A stretch of 64,000 nucleotides of DNA from Chloroflexota bacterium (lineage in GTDB: Bacteria; Chloroflexota; Dehalococcoidia; Lucifugimonadales; Australimonadaceae). Positions 45,097 through 54,209 of this stretch are shown here, in pieces (the stretch's first letter is position 1; every line of letters begins with the position of its first letter). The position numbers were made by a program, and so were the translations under genes. The stretch is taken from positions 7,854 to 71,853 of the forward strand of contig VXQP01000081.1 of the NCBI GenBank assembly GCA_009838965.1, written 5' to 3'. The notes under the pieces are model-generated. The model did no database searches and had not been told where the DNA came from. It saw nothing but the letters and a program-made list of their open reading frames with translations.

Positions 45097-46131
45097 ATGG
45101 TCAGCAAACCGAAGCTCCGGCTCAGCTTCATGTCGTCCACCAGCGACCGCATCGCACCGTTGCTCGACGGGCGGGTCCAGCCCGAGGGGATCGAGCTGAT
45201 CCACACGTTCGGAGGCATGTCCGAAGGCGCGTGGCGGCATCTGAACTTCCACGAGTTCGAGTTCCACGAACTGTCTATCTCGTCGTACCTCATCTCGCGG
45301 GAGCAGGGAGCGGACTGGATAGCGATACCCGTCTTTCCGCACCGCAGCTTCATGCACATGGGCCTCCACTACAACACGGACTCCGGCATCGAGAAGCCGT
45401 CCGACGTGGTCGGCAAGCGCATCGGAGTAGGGGAGTACCAGCAGACGGCTGCCCTCTGGATGCGCGGCATCATGGACCACGACCACGGCGTGTCCCAGTA
45501 CAAGGTGCACTGGTACATGGAGCGCACCGAAGAGATGAGCCACGGCGGGGCGACGGGCTTCGAGCCGCCGGAGGGCATCTCCTTCCAGCGCGTCCCCCCG
45601 GACAAGAGCCTCGCATCCATGCTGCTGGCCAACGAGTTGGACATCGCGTCGGTCAACCCGGCGGCCCTCAACGAACCCGGCGGGCAGGGGCCCAACCTCG
45701 TCGACCGCTCGTGGCGCATCCAGGGCCAGGGTGACCTGAGCAAGATCAAGCCGATGTTCCCGGACCGCATAGCGGAGGGGTCGCGGTTCTTCAAGGAGCA
45801 CGGGTTCATCCCTGCCAACCACACCTACGTGATACGAGGCGACGTCTACCGCGAGTATCCATGGGTGGCGCTCAACCTCTACAACGCCTTCGTCCAGGCG
45901 AAGGACCTGTCCATGCGGACATTGCCCGCGCGGATGCCGACCGACCTCGTCTTCGGTAACGATTACATGCGCCAGACGCGGGCGACCTTCGGCAACGACC
46001 CGTACCCCTACGGGGTGAAGGCGAACGAGGCGATGCTCAACACGCTCATCGACTACTCGCATGAGCAGGGGCTGACGAAGAAGCGGGCCAACATCGAGGA
46101 GATGTTCGCGTCCATTACTCTGAACCTCTAA
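45097..46131 (+). CDS. 4,5-dihydroxyphthalate decarboxylase-like protein (periplasmic-binding-protein fold)
   Basis: DRIAPLLDGRVQPEGIEL...EFEFHELSISSYLISREQG...IPVFPHRSFMH...GKRIGVGEYQQTAALWMRG. Confidence 0.65.
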   Translation: MVSKPKLRLSFMSSTSDRIAPLLDGRVQPEGIELIHTFGGMSEGAWRHLNFHEFEFHELSISSYLISREQGADWIAIPVFPHRSFMHMGLHYNTDSGIEKPSDVVGKRIGVGEYQQTAALWMRGIMDHDHGVSQYKVHWYMERTEEMSHGGATGFEPPEGISFQRVPPDKSLASMLLANELDIASVNPAALNEPGGQGPNLVDRSWRIQGQGDLSKIKPMFPDRIAEGSRFFKEHGFIPANHTYVIRGDVYREYPWVALNLYNAFVQAKDLSMRTLPARMPTDLVFGNDYMRQTRATFGNDPYPYGVKANEAMLNTLIDYSHEQGLTKKRANIEEMFASITLNL

Positions 46132-46163
46132 CGCGCGACGGGCGTACCGCGCCGGGGTGCGGA

Positions 46164-47420
46164 CTACTCGCGCCCCGGCGCGTCTGAAGGAGCTTCCACT
46201 TCACGCCGACGCTGTGAGCGCGTCTCCGGGCCGAACGCCGCCATCGCCAGCGCGCAGACCACGAGGAACGCCGCGACGGCGATGAATGCCGTCCCGAAAC
46301 CCCAGATCTCTGCGACGGCGCCAGCGGTCAGCGGGCCCACTGCGGAGCCGAAGCTCTGGAAGGATGCCCAGACGCCGAGGAAGGCGCCGCGCTTGTCCTC
46401 CGGGGCAAGGTCCATCGCGAAGGCTTGCGTGGAGCCCATCGTCATCGCGATCGCCAGGCCCAGCACCGCCATCCCCAGCAGCGCACTGCCGAAGCCGTCC
46501 ATCGTGGCCAGGAGGGTTGCCGCTCCGGCGGCGATCAGCAGCCCCGGCACCAGCGAGGTCTTTCGTCCGAACCGGTCGACCAGAATGCCGTTGGGGAAGG
46601 AGCCGAGCAGCGTGACGATGCCGGCGACGGTGATGAGCAATCCGATCTCGCTCTCGATCAGGCCTGCCTCGATCTTGCCCGCGATGGGGAACATCGCCTG
46701 GACCATGCTCTGGCCGATCAGCGTTGCGGCGATGGTGGTGAGGGCCAGCGCGATGAAGGCGCGGCTCATAACGATGGGGAGCAGGTCGGCGCGCAGGGTC
46801 GTCCGCTCGGCGGCGGGACGGCGCTCGCGGGTGGGGCGCGTCTCGCCGATCATGTAGAGCGTGATGAACATGACCAGGAACTTGGAGACGCCGTTCACCA
46901 CGAACACCTGCGGCAGGCCCCACGTTACGGCGATCACTCCGCCGAGCACCGGCCCGATGAGCTGGCCGAGACGCATCGACGAGTTCCGCATCGCAACGGC
47001 GCGTCCCCGGTTCTCGGGCGTGCTCATGTCCGCGATGACCACCTGCGAGGTGGTCTGCCACATCGACACACCGGTGTTGCCGATGAGCTCCAGCACGAAG
47101 AACGCCGCGTAGCTGTCGATGTAGAGCACGCCGAACGACGCGGCGCCTCTGAGGAAGGCCCCTATCACCGCCAGCGGCTTGCGTCCGACGCGGTCTGTCA
47201 GGAAGCCGGTGAGTGGAGCGGAGATGATGCGGGACGCACCCAGCGCCGCAAAGAGCAGCGTGACGAGGAAGATCGAGTTCTCGAGTTCGAAGGCGAACAG
47301 CGATCGTCCCAGCGTCTGCGCCCCGCTCCCGGTCCCCCAGATGAGGTACGTCGCGAAGAGCGGCAGGCCCTGCCTGCTGAACATGCTCGAACCGGGCCCT
47401 GCCCGCATGCTCCGTCTCAT
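46164..47420 (-). CDS. MFS transporter
   Basis: About 12 TM segments, with the loop motif GFLTDRVGRKP. The start may be 47384. Confidence 0.85.
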   Translation of the reverse strand: MRRSMRAGPGSSMFSRQGLPLFATYLIWGTGSGAQTLGRSLFAFELENSIFLVTLLFAALGASRIISAPLTGFLTDRVGRKPLAVIGAFLRGAASFGVLYIDSYAAFFVLELIGNTGVSMWQTTSQVVIADMSTPENRGRAVAMRNSSMRLGQLIGPVLGGVIAVTWGLPQVFVVNGVSKFLVMFITLYMIGETRPTRERRPAAERTTLRADLLPIVMSRAFIALALTTIAATLIGQSMVQAMFPIAGKIEAGLIESEIGLLITVAGIVTLLGSFPNGILVDRFGRKTSLVPGLLIAAGAATLLATMDGFGSALLGMAVLGLAIAMTMGSTQAFAMDLAPEDKRGAFLGVWASFQSFGSAVGPLTAGAVAEIWGFGTAFIAVAAFLVVCALAMAAFGPETRSQRRREVEAPSDAPGRE

Positions 47421-47598
47421 ACGCCTGTGCCGACCTCGTAGCGGAGTCTACTCCTTATCCTGCGCGTTCCTTGACGCTCCCCAGACCCGCTCCTACACTT
47501 GTCGCGCCGCAGTCCTGCCCTGGAGCGGACGCGCGCGCCCCGGAGTTCCATTGACGCAACCGCAACGCGAAGGCTTCACCGGCTCTGACCGCTCCTTC

Positions 47599-49041
47599 AT
47601 GGGCGAGGAAGAACTGCACCTCACCAGTGTTGGTGTGGACATCGGCTCGTCCACGTCCCACCTCGTCTTCTCCGCGCTGGAACTGGAACGCCGCAACACA
47701 CGCTACGTCATCGTCAAGCGCACCATCATCCGCGAGTCGGACATCCTCCTGACGCCCTACGTGGACGACGGCGCGACGATAGACGCCACCGCGCTCGGGG
47801 CCTTCATCGACGCCCAGTACCGTGCCACCGGACTCCGCCGTGAGCAGATAGACACCGGTGCGCTCATCCTCACCGGTGTTGCCGTCCGGCGGCACAACGC
47901 CCGCGCCATAGCGGAGCTCTTCGCGCAGGAGGCGGGGAAGTTCGTTGCCGTCAGCGCGGGCGATGGCCTCGAGGCAGCGATGGCCGCCCACGGCTCAGGC
48001 GCGATTGCCGAATCGGAGAAGACGCACGGCGTCGTGATGAACGTCGACATCGGCGGCGGCACCAGCAAGGTCGCCGTCTGTCAGGGCGGCAGGACGCTCG
48101 AGGTAACCGCGCTCGACGCGGGCGCGCGCCTGCTCGCATTCGACGAGAACGACCGCATCGTCCGTATCGAGGACGCCGGACGCTTCTACGCGAACGAGGC
48201 TGGCGTGAACGTCGAGCTCGGCGCGACGCTCTCCGACGAGGAGAAGCAGGCCATCGCCGGGAAGATGGTGGACCGCCTGATGGAGGTCGTGCTGCGCAAC
48301 GGCGTCTCCGACGAGACGAAGGGCCTGCTGCGCCTGCCGGAGTTGTCGTATGAGGGCCCGATCGGCACGGTCATCTTCTCCGGCGGCGTATCCGAGTTCG
48401 TCTACGGCTACGACAGGAAGAGCTACGGCGACCTGGGCCCGCTGTTCGCCCGCACGATGCGGCAGCGCATCGGGGAGCTCGGGGCTATGCTCATGGCGCC
48501 CACGGCGGGCATCCGTGCGACGGTCGTCGGTGCGTCGCAGTACACCGTGCAGGTGAGCGGCAGCACCATCTTCATCTCTCCCATCGAGACCGTGCCCATC
48601 CGCAACATCCCCGTTATGACGCCCGACCTCGACCTCACCGTCGACGACCTCGACTCCGACACCATCGCCGGTGCCGTGCGTGCCGGGCTCACACGGCTCG
48701 ACCTCCACGACGCGGACACTGCAGTCGCCATCGGCTTCCGGTGGGGCGGTTCGGCCACGTTCCACCGGCTGGATGCTTTCACACGCGGCGCGGCCTCCGC
48801 CATGAGCGCGCTGCTGGACAAGGGCAACCCCCTCGTTCTCGTGAGCGATGGCGACATCGGCGGGCTGCTGGGTCTGCACCTCCGAGAGGAGGTCGGCCTC
48901 CCCAACCCCGTCATTTCCATAGATGGCATCGAACTGCGCGAGTTCGACTACATCGACATCGGCGCGCTCATACCGTCGTCCGGCGCCGCGCCGGTCGTCA
49001 TCAAGTCGCTCGTCTTTCCCGGTCAGCAGGACGGCGTGTAG
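47599..49041 (+). CDS. EutA-like (ethanolamine ammonia-lyase reactivase family, ASKHA fold) protein
   Basis: SVGVDIGSSTSHLVFS, NVDIGGGTS, VIFSGGVSEF, IRATVVGASQYTVQVSGSTIF, and DYIDIG...VVIKSLVFP are collinear with E. coli EutA as I recall it. Confidence 0.75.
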   Translation: MGEEELHLTSVGVDIGSSTSHLVFSALELERRNTRYVIVKRTIIRESDILLTPYVDDGATIDATALGAFIDAQYRATGLRREQIDTGALILTGVAVRRHNARAIAELFAQEAGKFVAVSAGDGLEAAMAAHGSGAIAESEKTHGVVMNVDIGGGTSKVAVCQGGRTLEVTALDAGARLLAFDENDRIVRIEDAGRFYANEAGVNVELGATLSDEEKQAIAGKMVDRLMEVVLRNGVSDETKGLLRLPELSYEGPIGTVIFSGGVSEFVYGYDRKSYGDLGPLFARTMRQRIGELGAMLMAPTAGIRATVVGASQYTVQVSGSTIFISPIETVPIRNIPVMTPDLDLTVDDLDSDTIAGAVRAGLTRLDLHDADTAVAIGFRWGGSATFHRLDAFTRGAASAMSALLDKGNPLVLVSDGDIGGLLGLHLREEVGLPNPVISIDGIELREFDYIDIGALIPSSGAAPVVIKSLVFPGQQDGV

Positions 49042-49050
49042 GAGCAGATC

Positions 49051-50046
49051 ATGGAGTACCGGCGGCTTGGTGGCACGGATATGGACGTCTCGGTCATCGG
49101 CGCGGGCGGCTACCCGTTCGGCCCGCCGCTACTCGGCCAGGACGAGACGACCGCCGTCGTGCACCGCGCGATCGAATGCGGCATCAACTTCTTCGACACG
49201 TCGGACGTCTACGGCGGCGGCCAGAGCGAGGATTTCCTCGGCAACGCCCTTGCCGGTAAGCGCGACGCCATCTACCTCTCCACCAAGTTCAACCTGCGCG
49301 ATCTCGGCGATCAGACCCCGCGCGACCGCATCTTCGCGCGCTGCGAGGAAGCCCTGCGCAAACTGCGTACGGACCGCATCGATCTCTTCCAGGTGCACTT
49401 CTCGACGCCCGAGGTCCCGCACGAGGAGCTGCTCGGCCCGCTCGACGACCTCGTCCGGCAGGGCAAGGTGCGCTACATCGGTAACTGCAACACTGCGTCG
49501 TGGCGCTGGCTGGAGGAGATCGAGACCTCCCGCGCCAACGGCATGGCCGAGTTCCAGTCCACCCAGAACCACTACAGCCTCCTCTACCGCCACGCCGAAC
49601 TCGAACTGATCCCGTTCTGCCGCGCATACGGCAGGTCACTCCTTGCGTACTTTCCGCTCGGCGGAGGCTGGCTCACCGGCACGTACCGTCCCGGCGAACC
49701 GCCGCCGGAGGGGAGCCGCGCCGCGAAGGTGCCAACCGGCATCGTGACGCGCCTGCGCTCGGAGCGTGTCGAGCGCCTCGTTCCCCTGCTCGAAGCGTTC
49801 GCCGGAGAGCGTGGCCACACCGTCAATGAACTTGCACTTGCCTGGGTCATCGCCCACCCGGAGGTCGTGCTTGCCCTCACCGGCTTCGACCGCCCGGAGC
49901 ACGTCGAGGCGAATGTCAAGGGTGCTGACTGGAAGCTCACTGCCGAGGACATGGACGAGCTCGACTCCCTTACGTCCTGGTGGGAGGGGCGCAACGCCAT
50001 CATCGACAGTGCCACTCCTCCTCCGCGCCCGGACGTTCCGCGATGA
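49051..50046 (+). CDS. Aldo/keto reductase
   Basis: INFFDTSDVYGGGQSE, LSTKF, IDLFQVH. Confidence 0.9.
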   Translation: MEYRRLGGTDMDVSVIGAGGYPFGPPLLGQDETTAVVHRAIECGINFFDTSDVYGGGQSEDFLGNALAGKRDAIYLSTKFNLRDLGDQTPRDRIFARCEEALRKLRTDRIDLFQVHFSTPEVPHEELLGPLDDLVRQGKVRYIGNCNTASWRWLEEIETSRANGMAEFQSTQNHYSLLYRHAELELIPFCRAYGRSLLAYFPLGGGWLTGTYRPGEPPPEGSRAAKVPTGIVTRLRSERVERLVPLLEAFAGERGHTVNELALAWVIAHPEVVLALTGFDRPEHVEANVKGADWKLTAEDMDELDSLTSWWEGRNAIIDSATPPPRPDVPR

Positions 50047-50708
50047 ATGACTGGTACCTCATCCGCCACGGCGAGACGCAGTGGAACGCCGAGCGGCGGG
50101 TCCAGGGCCACACGGACGTTCCCCTGCACGACGTCGGCCGGGAGCAGGCAGCGCTGACAGGCCGACGCCTCGCCGATATCCGGTTCGGCGCGGTCTACTC
50201 CAGCGACCTCATCCGCGCCCGTGAGACGGCGGAGATCATCGTTGCTGCCAGCAACACCGGTCCGTACGAGATCGTCTTCGACGAGCGCCTCCGCGAGGTC
50301 TCCTTCGGCAAGCTGGAGGGTAAGACGTGGACGGAGATGGACGACGAGATCAGGGCGGTGCAGAACGAGCGGAACCTCGATTTCGCGCCGCCCGGCGGTG
50401 AGTCCTACCGCCGGATGCTGGACCGGCTGGGTGAGTTCGCGGAGATGGTCAGAGAACGCCACGCCCATGACGACGTGCTCGTGGTAGGACACGGCGCGGC
50501 GTTCCGCGCACTCGCCGTGCGGATGCTAGGCCTGCCGGATGAGACGTTCTGGTCGCTCAGCGGCCTGCGCTCCGCGAGCGTATCCCGCGTCCGGCGACGC
50601 GACGACGGCCGCACCGCGCTCTTCGCATGGAGCGACGCCGGCCACCTCGACGTTCCTCCTGCCGAACGCGGTGCTGGTATACTCTCTCACGCACACCTCA
50701 CTCAGTAG
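50043..50708 (+). CDS. Histidine phosphatase (phosphoglycerate mutase-like) family protein
   Basis: LIRHGETQWN, SSDLIRARETA, VVGHG. ATGA overlap with the AKR stop. Confidence 0.85.
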   Translation: MNDWYLIRHGETQWNAERRVQGHTDVPLHDVGREQAALTGRRLADIRFGAVYSSDLIRARETAEIIVAASNTGPYEIVFDERLREVSFGKLEGKTWTEMDDEIRAVQNERNLDFAPPGGESYRRMLDRLGEFAEMVRERHAHDDVLVVGHGAAFRALAVRMLGLPDETFWSLSGLRSASVSRVRRRDDGRTALFAWSDAGHLDVPPAERGAGILSHAHLTQ

Positions 50709-50718
50709 CGAGCAGACC

Positions 50719-50853
50719 ATGCCCCGCATCAAGAAAGCGAAGAAAGAGAAGCCCGCCGAGACGACCGAGCAGTTCGTCGCGCGGGTGAGCAAGAAGGACG
50801 AGACGCGCAACGGTAAGCGCGTCCGGTTCGGATTCACCAAGCGCGTCCGCTAG
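50719..50853 (+). CDS. Possible small, highly basic protein (44 aa)
   Basis: MPRIKKAKKEKPAETTEQFVARVSKKDETRNGKRVRFGFTKRVR. No clear RBS. Confidence 0.3.
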   Translation: MPRIKKAKKEKPAETTEQFVARVSKKDETRNGKRVRFGFTKRVR

Positions 50854-50891
50854 GCCCCTGCCTCGGACCCTGTTTTGTCACTCCCCTGCGC

Positions 50892-52238
50892 CTAGACCGG
50901 AGGGTTGAGTTCGACGCCGAGCGCCTTCTCGACCCATGCGGCAGCGCGCAGGAGTTGCGCCTCGCGGAAGGGGCCGCAGGCGAGTTGCGCGCCGAGCGGC
51001 AGGCCGTCGCTGGCAAGCCCGGTGGGCACCGAGATGCTGGGGAACCCGGTGTAGCTCCACGGACTCTGGAACCGCGTGTCGCCGGTCTGCGTGCGGTCGC
51101 GGGGCGCCGGGCCGGATGCGGTCGGCATGATGAGGGCGTCCACCTGCTCCATCGCCTCGGCAGTCAACCGTTGCACCTCGCGACGGTAGTCCGACGCCGC
51201 AATGTAGTCCCGCGCCGTGTGGGAGAAGCCGTTCTGTATGTAGACCGTGATCTTCGGGCCGTACAGCTCCTCGTTGCCCATGTAGAGCGGCGTGTGCCAG
51301 ACGGCCATCTCCGACTCCTGCATGATGCGGTGCGAGGCGTAGGAGCGCGCGAAGTCCACGCCGGGGTCGATCTCCTCGACGGAGGCGCCTGCGTTCGCGA
51401 GTTCCTGTGCCGTCTCCTCCATCAGGAGGCGCGTCTCTGCGTCCGCCTCGTTCGCGAACCAGCCCCGCACGAGGCCGAGGCGCGGCGCGGGCAGGTCGCC
51501 GCTCACCGCCGCGAGGTAGTCGTCCGTGGGAACGTCGGCGCAGTACGGGTCGTCCGGGTCGTGCACGGCGAGCACGCTCAGCAGCAGCGCGACGTCCTCG
51601 ACGCTCCGCACGAGCACCCCGACGTGGTCGAACGACGTTGCCATCGGCACGACACCGAGGCGTGGGATGCGTCCGAGCGTCGGTTTGAAGCCGACGACGC
51701 CGTTGTACGCGGCCGGGCGCAGGACCGAGCCGACGGTCTGCGAGCCGAACGCCCACGGCACCATACGCGCTGCGACAGCGACGCCGGAGCCGGTGCTTGA
51801 GCCGCCAGGCGTGTGCGCGGCGTTCCATGGGTTGAAGCACGGTGCGGGATCGCCGTCAGCGAACTCGGTTGTGTGCAGCTTGCCGAGCAGCACCGCGCCC
51901 GCGTTCCGCGCGAGCGCGATGGGCGCAGCATCGGCGTCAGGCACGCGCTCGGCCCATATCTTCGAGCCTGCCGCCGTGCGGATGCCCGCGGTGTCGAAGA
52001 TGTCCTTCGCGCCGTAGGGGACACCCGCGAGCGGGCCCCGCGAGCCGGCGCTTGCGGCGTCGGCGGCGCGGGCGGCAGCGAGCGCCTGCTCCGGAAGGAG
52101 CGTGGCCCATGCCTGCAGTCGCGGCTCCAGCGCCTCTATGCGCGCGAGCAGCGACTCGGTCAGTTCGACGGATGAGAGCCGTCGCGCCGCGATCTCGGCG
52201 ACGGCCTGAGTGAGGGTCAATTCGTACGGTTCAGCCAC
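50892..52238 (-). CDS. Amidase-signature family amidase
   Basis: GVPYGAKDIFDTAG, GGSSTGSG, GSQTVGSVLRPAA. GTG start proposed; the ORF-track start is 52310. Confidence 0.85.
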   Translation of the reverse strand: MAEPYELTLTQAVAEIAARRLSSVELTESLLARIEALEPRLQAWATLLPEQALAAARAADAASAGSRGPLAGVPYGAKDIFDTAGIRTAAGSKIWAERVPDADAAPIALARNAGAVLLGKLHTTEFADGDPAPCFNPWNAAHTPGGSSTGSGVAVAARMVPWAFGSQTVGSVLRPAAYNGVVGFKPTLGRIPRLGVVPMATSFDHVGVLVRSVEDVALLLSVLAVHDPDDPYCADVPTDDYLAAVSGDLPAPRLGLVRGWFANEADAETRLLMEETAQELANAGASVEEIDPGVDFARSYASHRIMQESEMAVWHTPLYMGNEELYGPKITVYIQNGFSHTARDYIAASDYRREVQRLTAEAMEQVDALIMPTASGPAPRDRTQTGDTRFQSPWSYTGFPSISVPTGLASDGLPLGAQLACGPFREAQLLRAAAWVEKALGVELNPPV

Positions 52239-52328
52239 GGGGTGCCTCTGTACTCTGGATTGCGCTCGGCGCGGAGGTACAGGGTAGGAGAGGGGATGTG
52301 ACCGGCGCAATGGCCTTGGCTCAGGGCT

Positions 52329-54209
52329 CTACGCTGGTGCGAGGCCGGGGACCTCGTCATCGAACTCGTTGGTGGGAGCGTAGTCACGCTTGGCGCCCGA
52401 CGCCGCGAGGCGCGCGTGCAGCTCGTGCTGCTGTGCGTACAGCCCGCCGAGCGCGACCAGTTCGTCGTGGTTGCCCAGTTCCACGATGCGCCCCTTCTCC
52501 ATCACCACGATCTTGTCCGCATTGCGGATAGTGGAGAGCCGGTGCGCGATGACGATGGCCGTCCGCCCGTGCAGCATCTTGCCTATCGCCTGCTGGATCA
52601 GCTGTTCGGTCTGGGTGTCGACGCTGGCCGTTGCCTCGTCGAGCACGATGATGCGCGGGTCCGCGACGAGCGCCCGGGCGAAGCTGACGAGCTGGCGCTG
52701 GCCGAGGCTCATGTTGCCGCCGCGCTCCTCCATCATCGTCTCGTAGCCTTCCCGCAGGCTCACGATGTGGTCGTGCAGGCCCACGGCCTTGGCTGCCTCG
52801 TACACTTTCTCGTCGTCCGCTTCCGGGTGGTTGTAGCGGATGTTCTCCAAGATGGTGCCGGAGAACTGGAACGGCTCCTGCAGCACGATGCCCATCTGCT
52901 TCGCGAGCGACTCGCGGGTCACGTCGCGCACGTCGTGGCCGTCGATCGTGATGCGCCCATCGACCACGTCGTAGAAGCGTGAGACGAGCGCGGCCATCGT
53001 CGTCTTGCCCGCGCCGGTGCGTCCGACGAACGCGATCGTCTCGCCGGGCTGCACGTCCAGGTTCACGCCGGTCAACACGAGCTTGCCCGGCTCGTACTCG
53101 AACGACACGTTCTCGTACCGTATCGCGCCCTGTATCTGCGGCATCGGCTTTGCGTCGAGCGCGTCGACCAGGTCCGGCTCGGTGTCGAGCAGGTCGAAGA
53201 TGCGGGCACCGGACGCCATCGCGCGCTGCAGCTGCGTGAACTGCATCGTCAGGCTGCGGATCGGGTCGTAGAAGCGCTGGATGTAGAGCGTGAACTGCAC
53301 GAGCTGGCCGGCGCCCAGTGCCCCCCCGAGCACGAGCCTCCCGCCGAAGATGATGGTCGCCGCGAGGCTGAACGACATGAACATCTCTACCACCGGCATG
53401 AGTGAGGACGCGAGCCGCTGGGCGCGCAGGTTCGTCTGCAGGTGGTGGTCGTTCAGTTCGTCGAATGCCCCCATGTTCGTCCGCTGGCGGTTCATGCTCT
53501 GCACGACGCGCACGCCGTCCAGGTTCTCCGCGAGCGATGCGTTCACCTGCGAGATGGCGACGCGGACGCGCAGGAATGCCGGGCGTGCGTGCTTCTGCCA
53601 CACCCAGATGATGACCATCAGCACGGGCAGGCTGGCGAACGAGAGCAGGGACAGTTGCCAGTCCCTGGCCAGCATGAATGCGATGATGCCGCTGAGGCTC
53701 AGCAGGTCGCCGATGCTCAGCACCACGATGTCCAGGAACTCCTGCAACTGGTAGACGTCGTTCTGGGCGCGCGACATCACGGACCCGACCTTGTGCCGGT
53801 TGTGGAACGACATCGGCAGGTCCTGCAGGTGTTTGAAGAGGTCGTTCCGCAGGTCGTAGATGACGCGCTGGCTCACGCGCGCCAGCAGCACCTGGTGCGC
53901 GTAGTTCGCCGCGTAGTGCACCACCAGTACCACGCCGAACCAGACGGCGAGCGTGTTGAGACCTGAGAGGTCGCCGTTCTCGATGTAGCGGTCTATACCG
54001 ATGGCGATGATGAGCGGTATCGCAACCGTCGCTCCGGTGTAGACGACCACAGCCATCATGGCGAGGAAGACCGGGAACTTGTACGGCACCACGTAGCTGA
54101 GCAGGCGCAGGATGACCCGCTGGTCGTACAGCTTCGTACCGTCCTCGTCGATGTCGCCCTGCTGGCCGCGCGATACCCAGTTCCCGCCCGTGCCGGTGTT
54201 CACCATCAT
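52329..54209 (-). CDS. ABC exporter, fused permease/ATPase (consensus Walker B, degenerate signature)
   Basis: GRTGAGKTT, NMSLGQRQL, IIVLDEATASVD. Its ATG overlaps the partner's stop (ATGA). Confidence 0.9.
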   Translation of the reverse strand: MMVNTGTGGNWVSRGQQGDIDEDGTKLYDQRVILRLLSYVVPYKFPVFLAMMAVVVYTGATVAIPLIIAIGIDRYIENGDLSGLNTLAVWFGVVLVVHYAANYAHQVLLARVSQRVIYDLRNDLFKHLQDLPMSFHNRHKVGSVMSRAQNDVYQLQEFLDIVVLSIGDLLSLSGIIAFMLARDWQLSLLSFASLPVLMVIIWVWQKHARPAFLRVRVAISQVNASLAENLDGVRVVQSMNRQRTNMGAFDELNDHHLQTNLRAQRLASSLMPVVEMFMSFSLAATIIFGGRLVLGGALGAGQLVQFTLYIQRFYDPIRSLTMQFTQLQRAMASGARIFDLLDTEPDLVDALDAKPMPQIQGAIRYENVSFEYEPGKLVLTGVNLDVQPGETIAFVGRTGAGKTTMAALVSRFYDVVDGRITIDGHDVRDVTRESLAKQMGIVLQEPFQFSGTILENIRYNHPEADDEKVYEAAKAVGLHDHIVSLREGYETMMEERGGNMSLGQRQLVSFARALVADPRIIVLDEATASVDTQTEQLIQQAIGKMLHGRTAIVIAHRLSTIRNADKIVVMEKGRIVELGNHDELVALGGLYAQQHELHARLAASGAKRDYAPTNEFDDEVPGLAPA

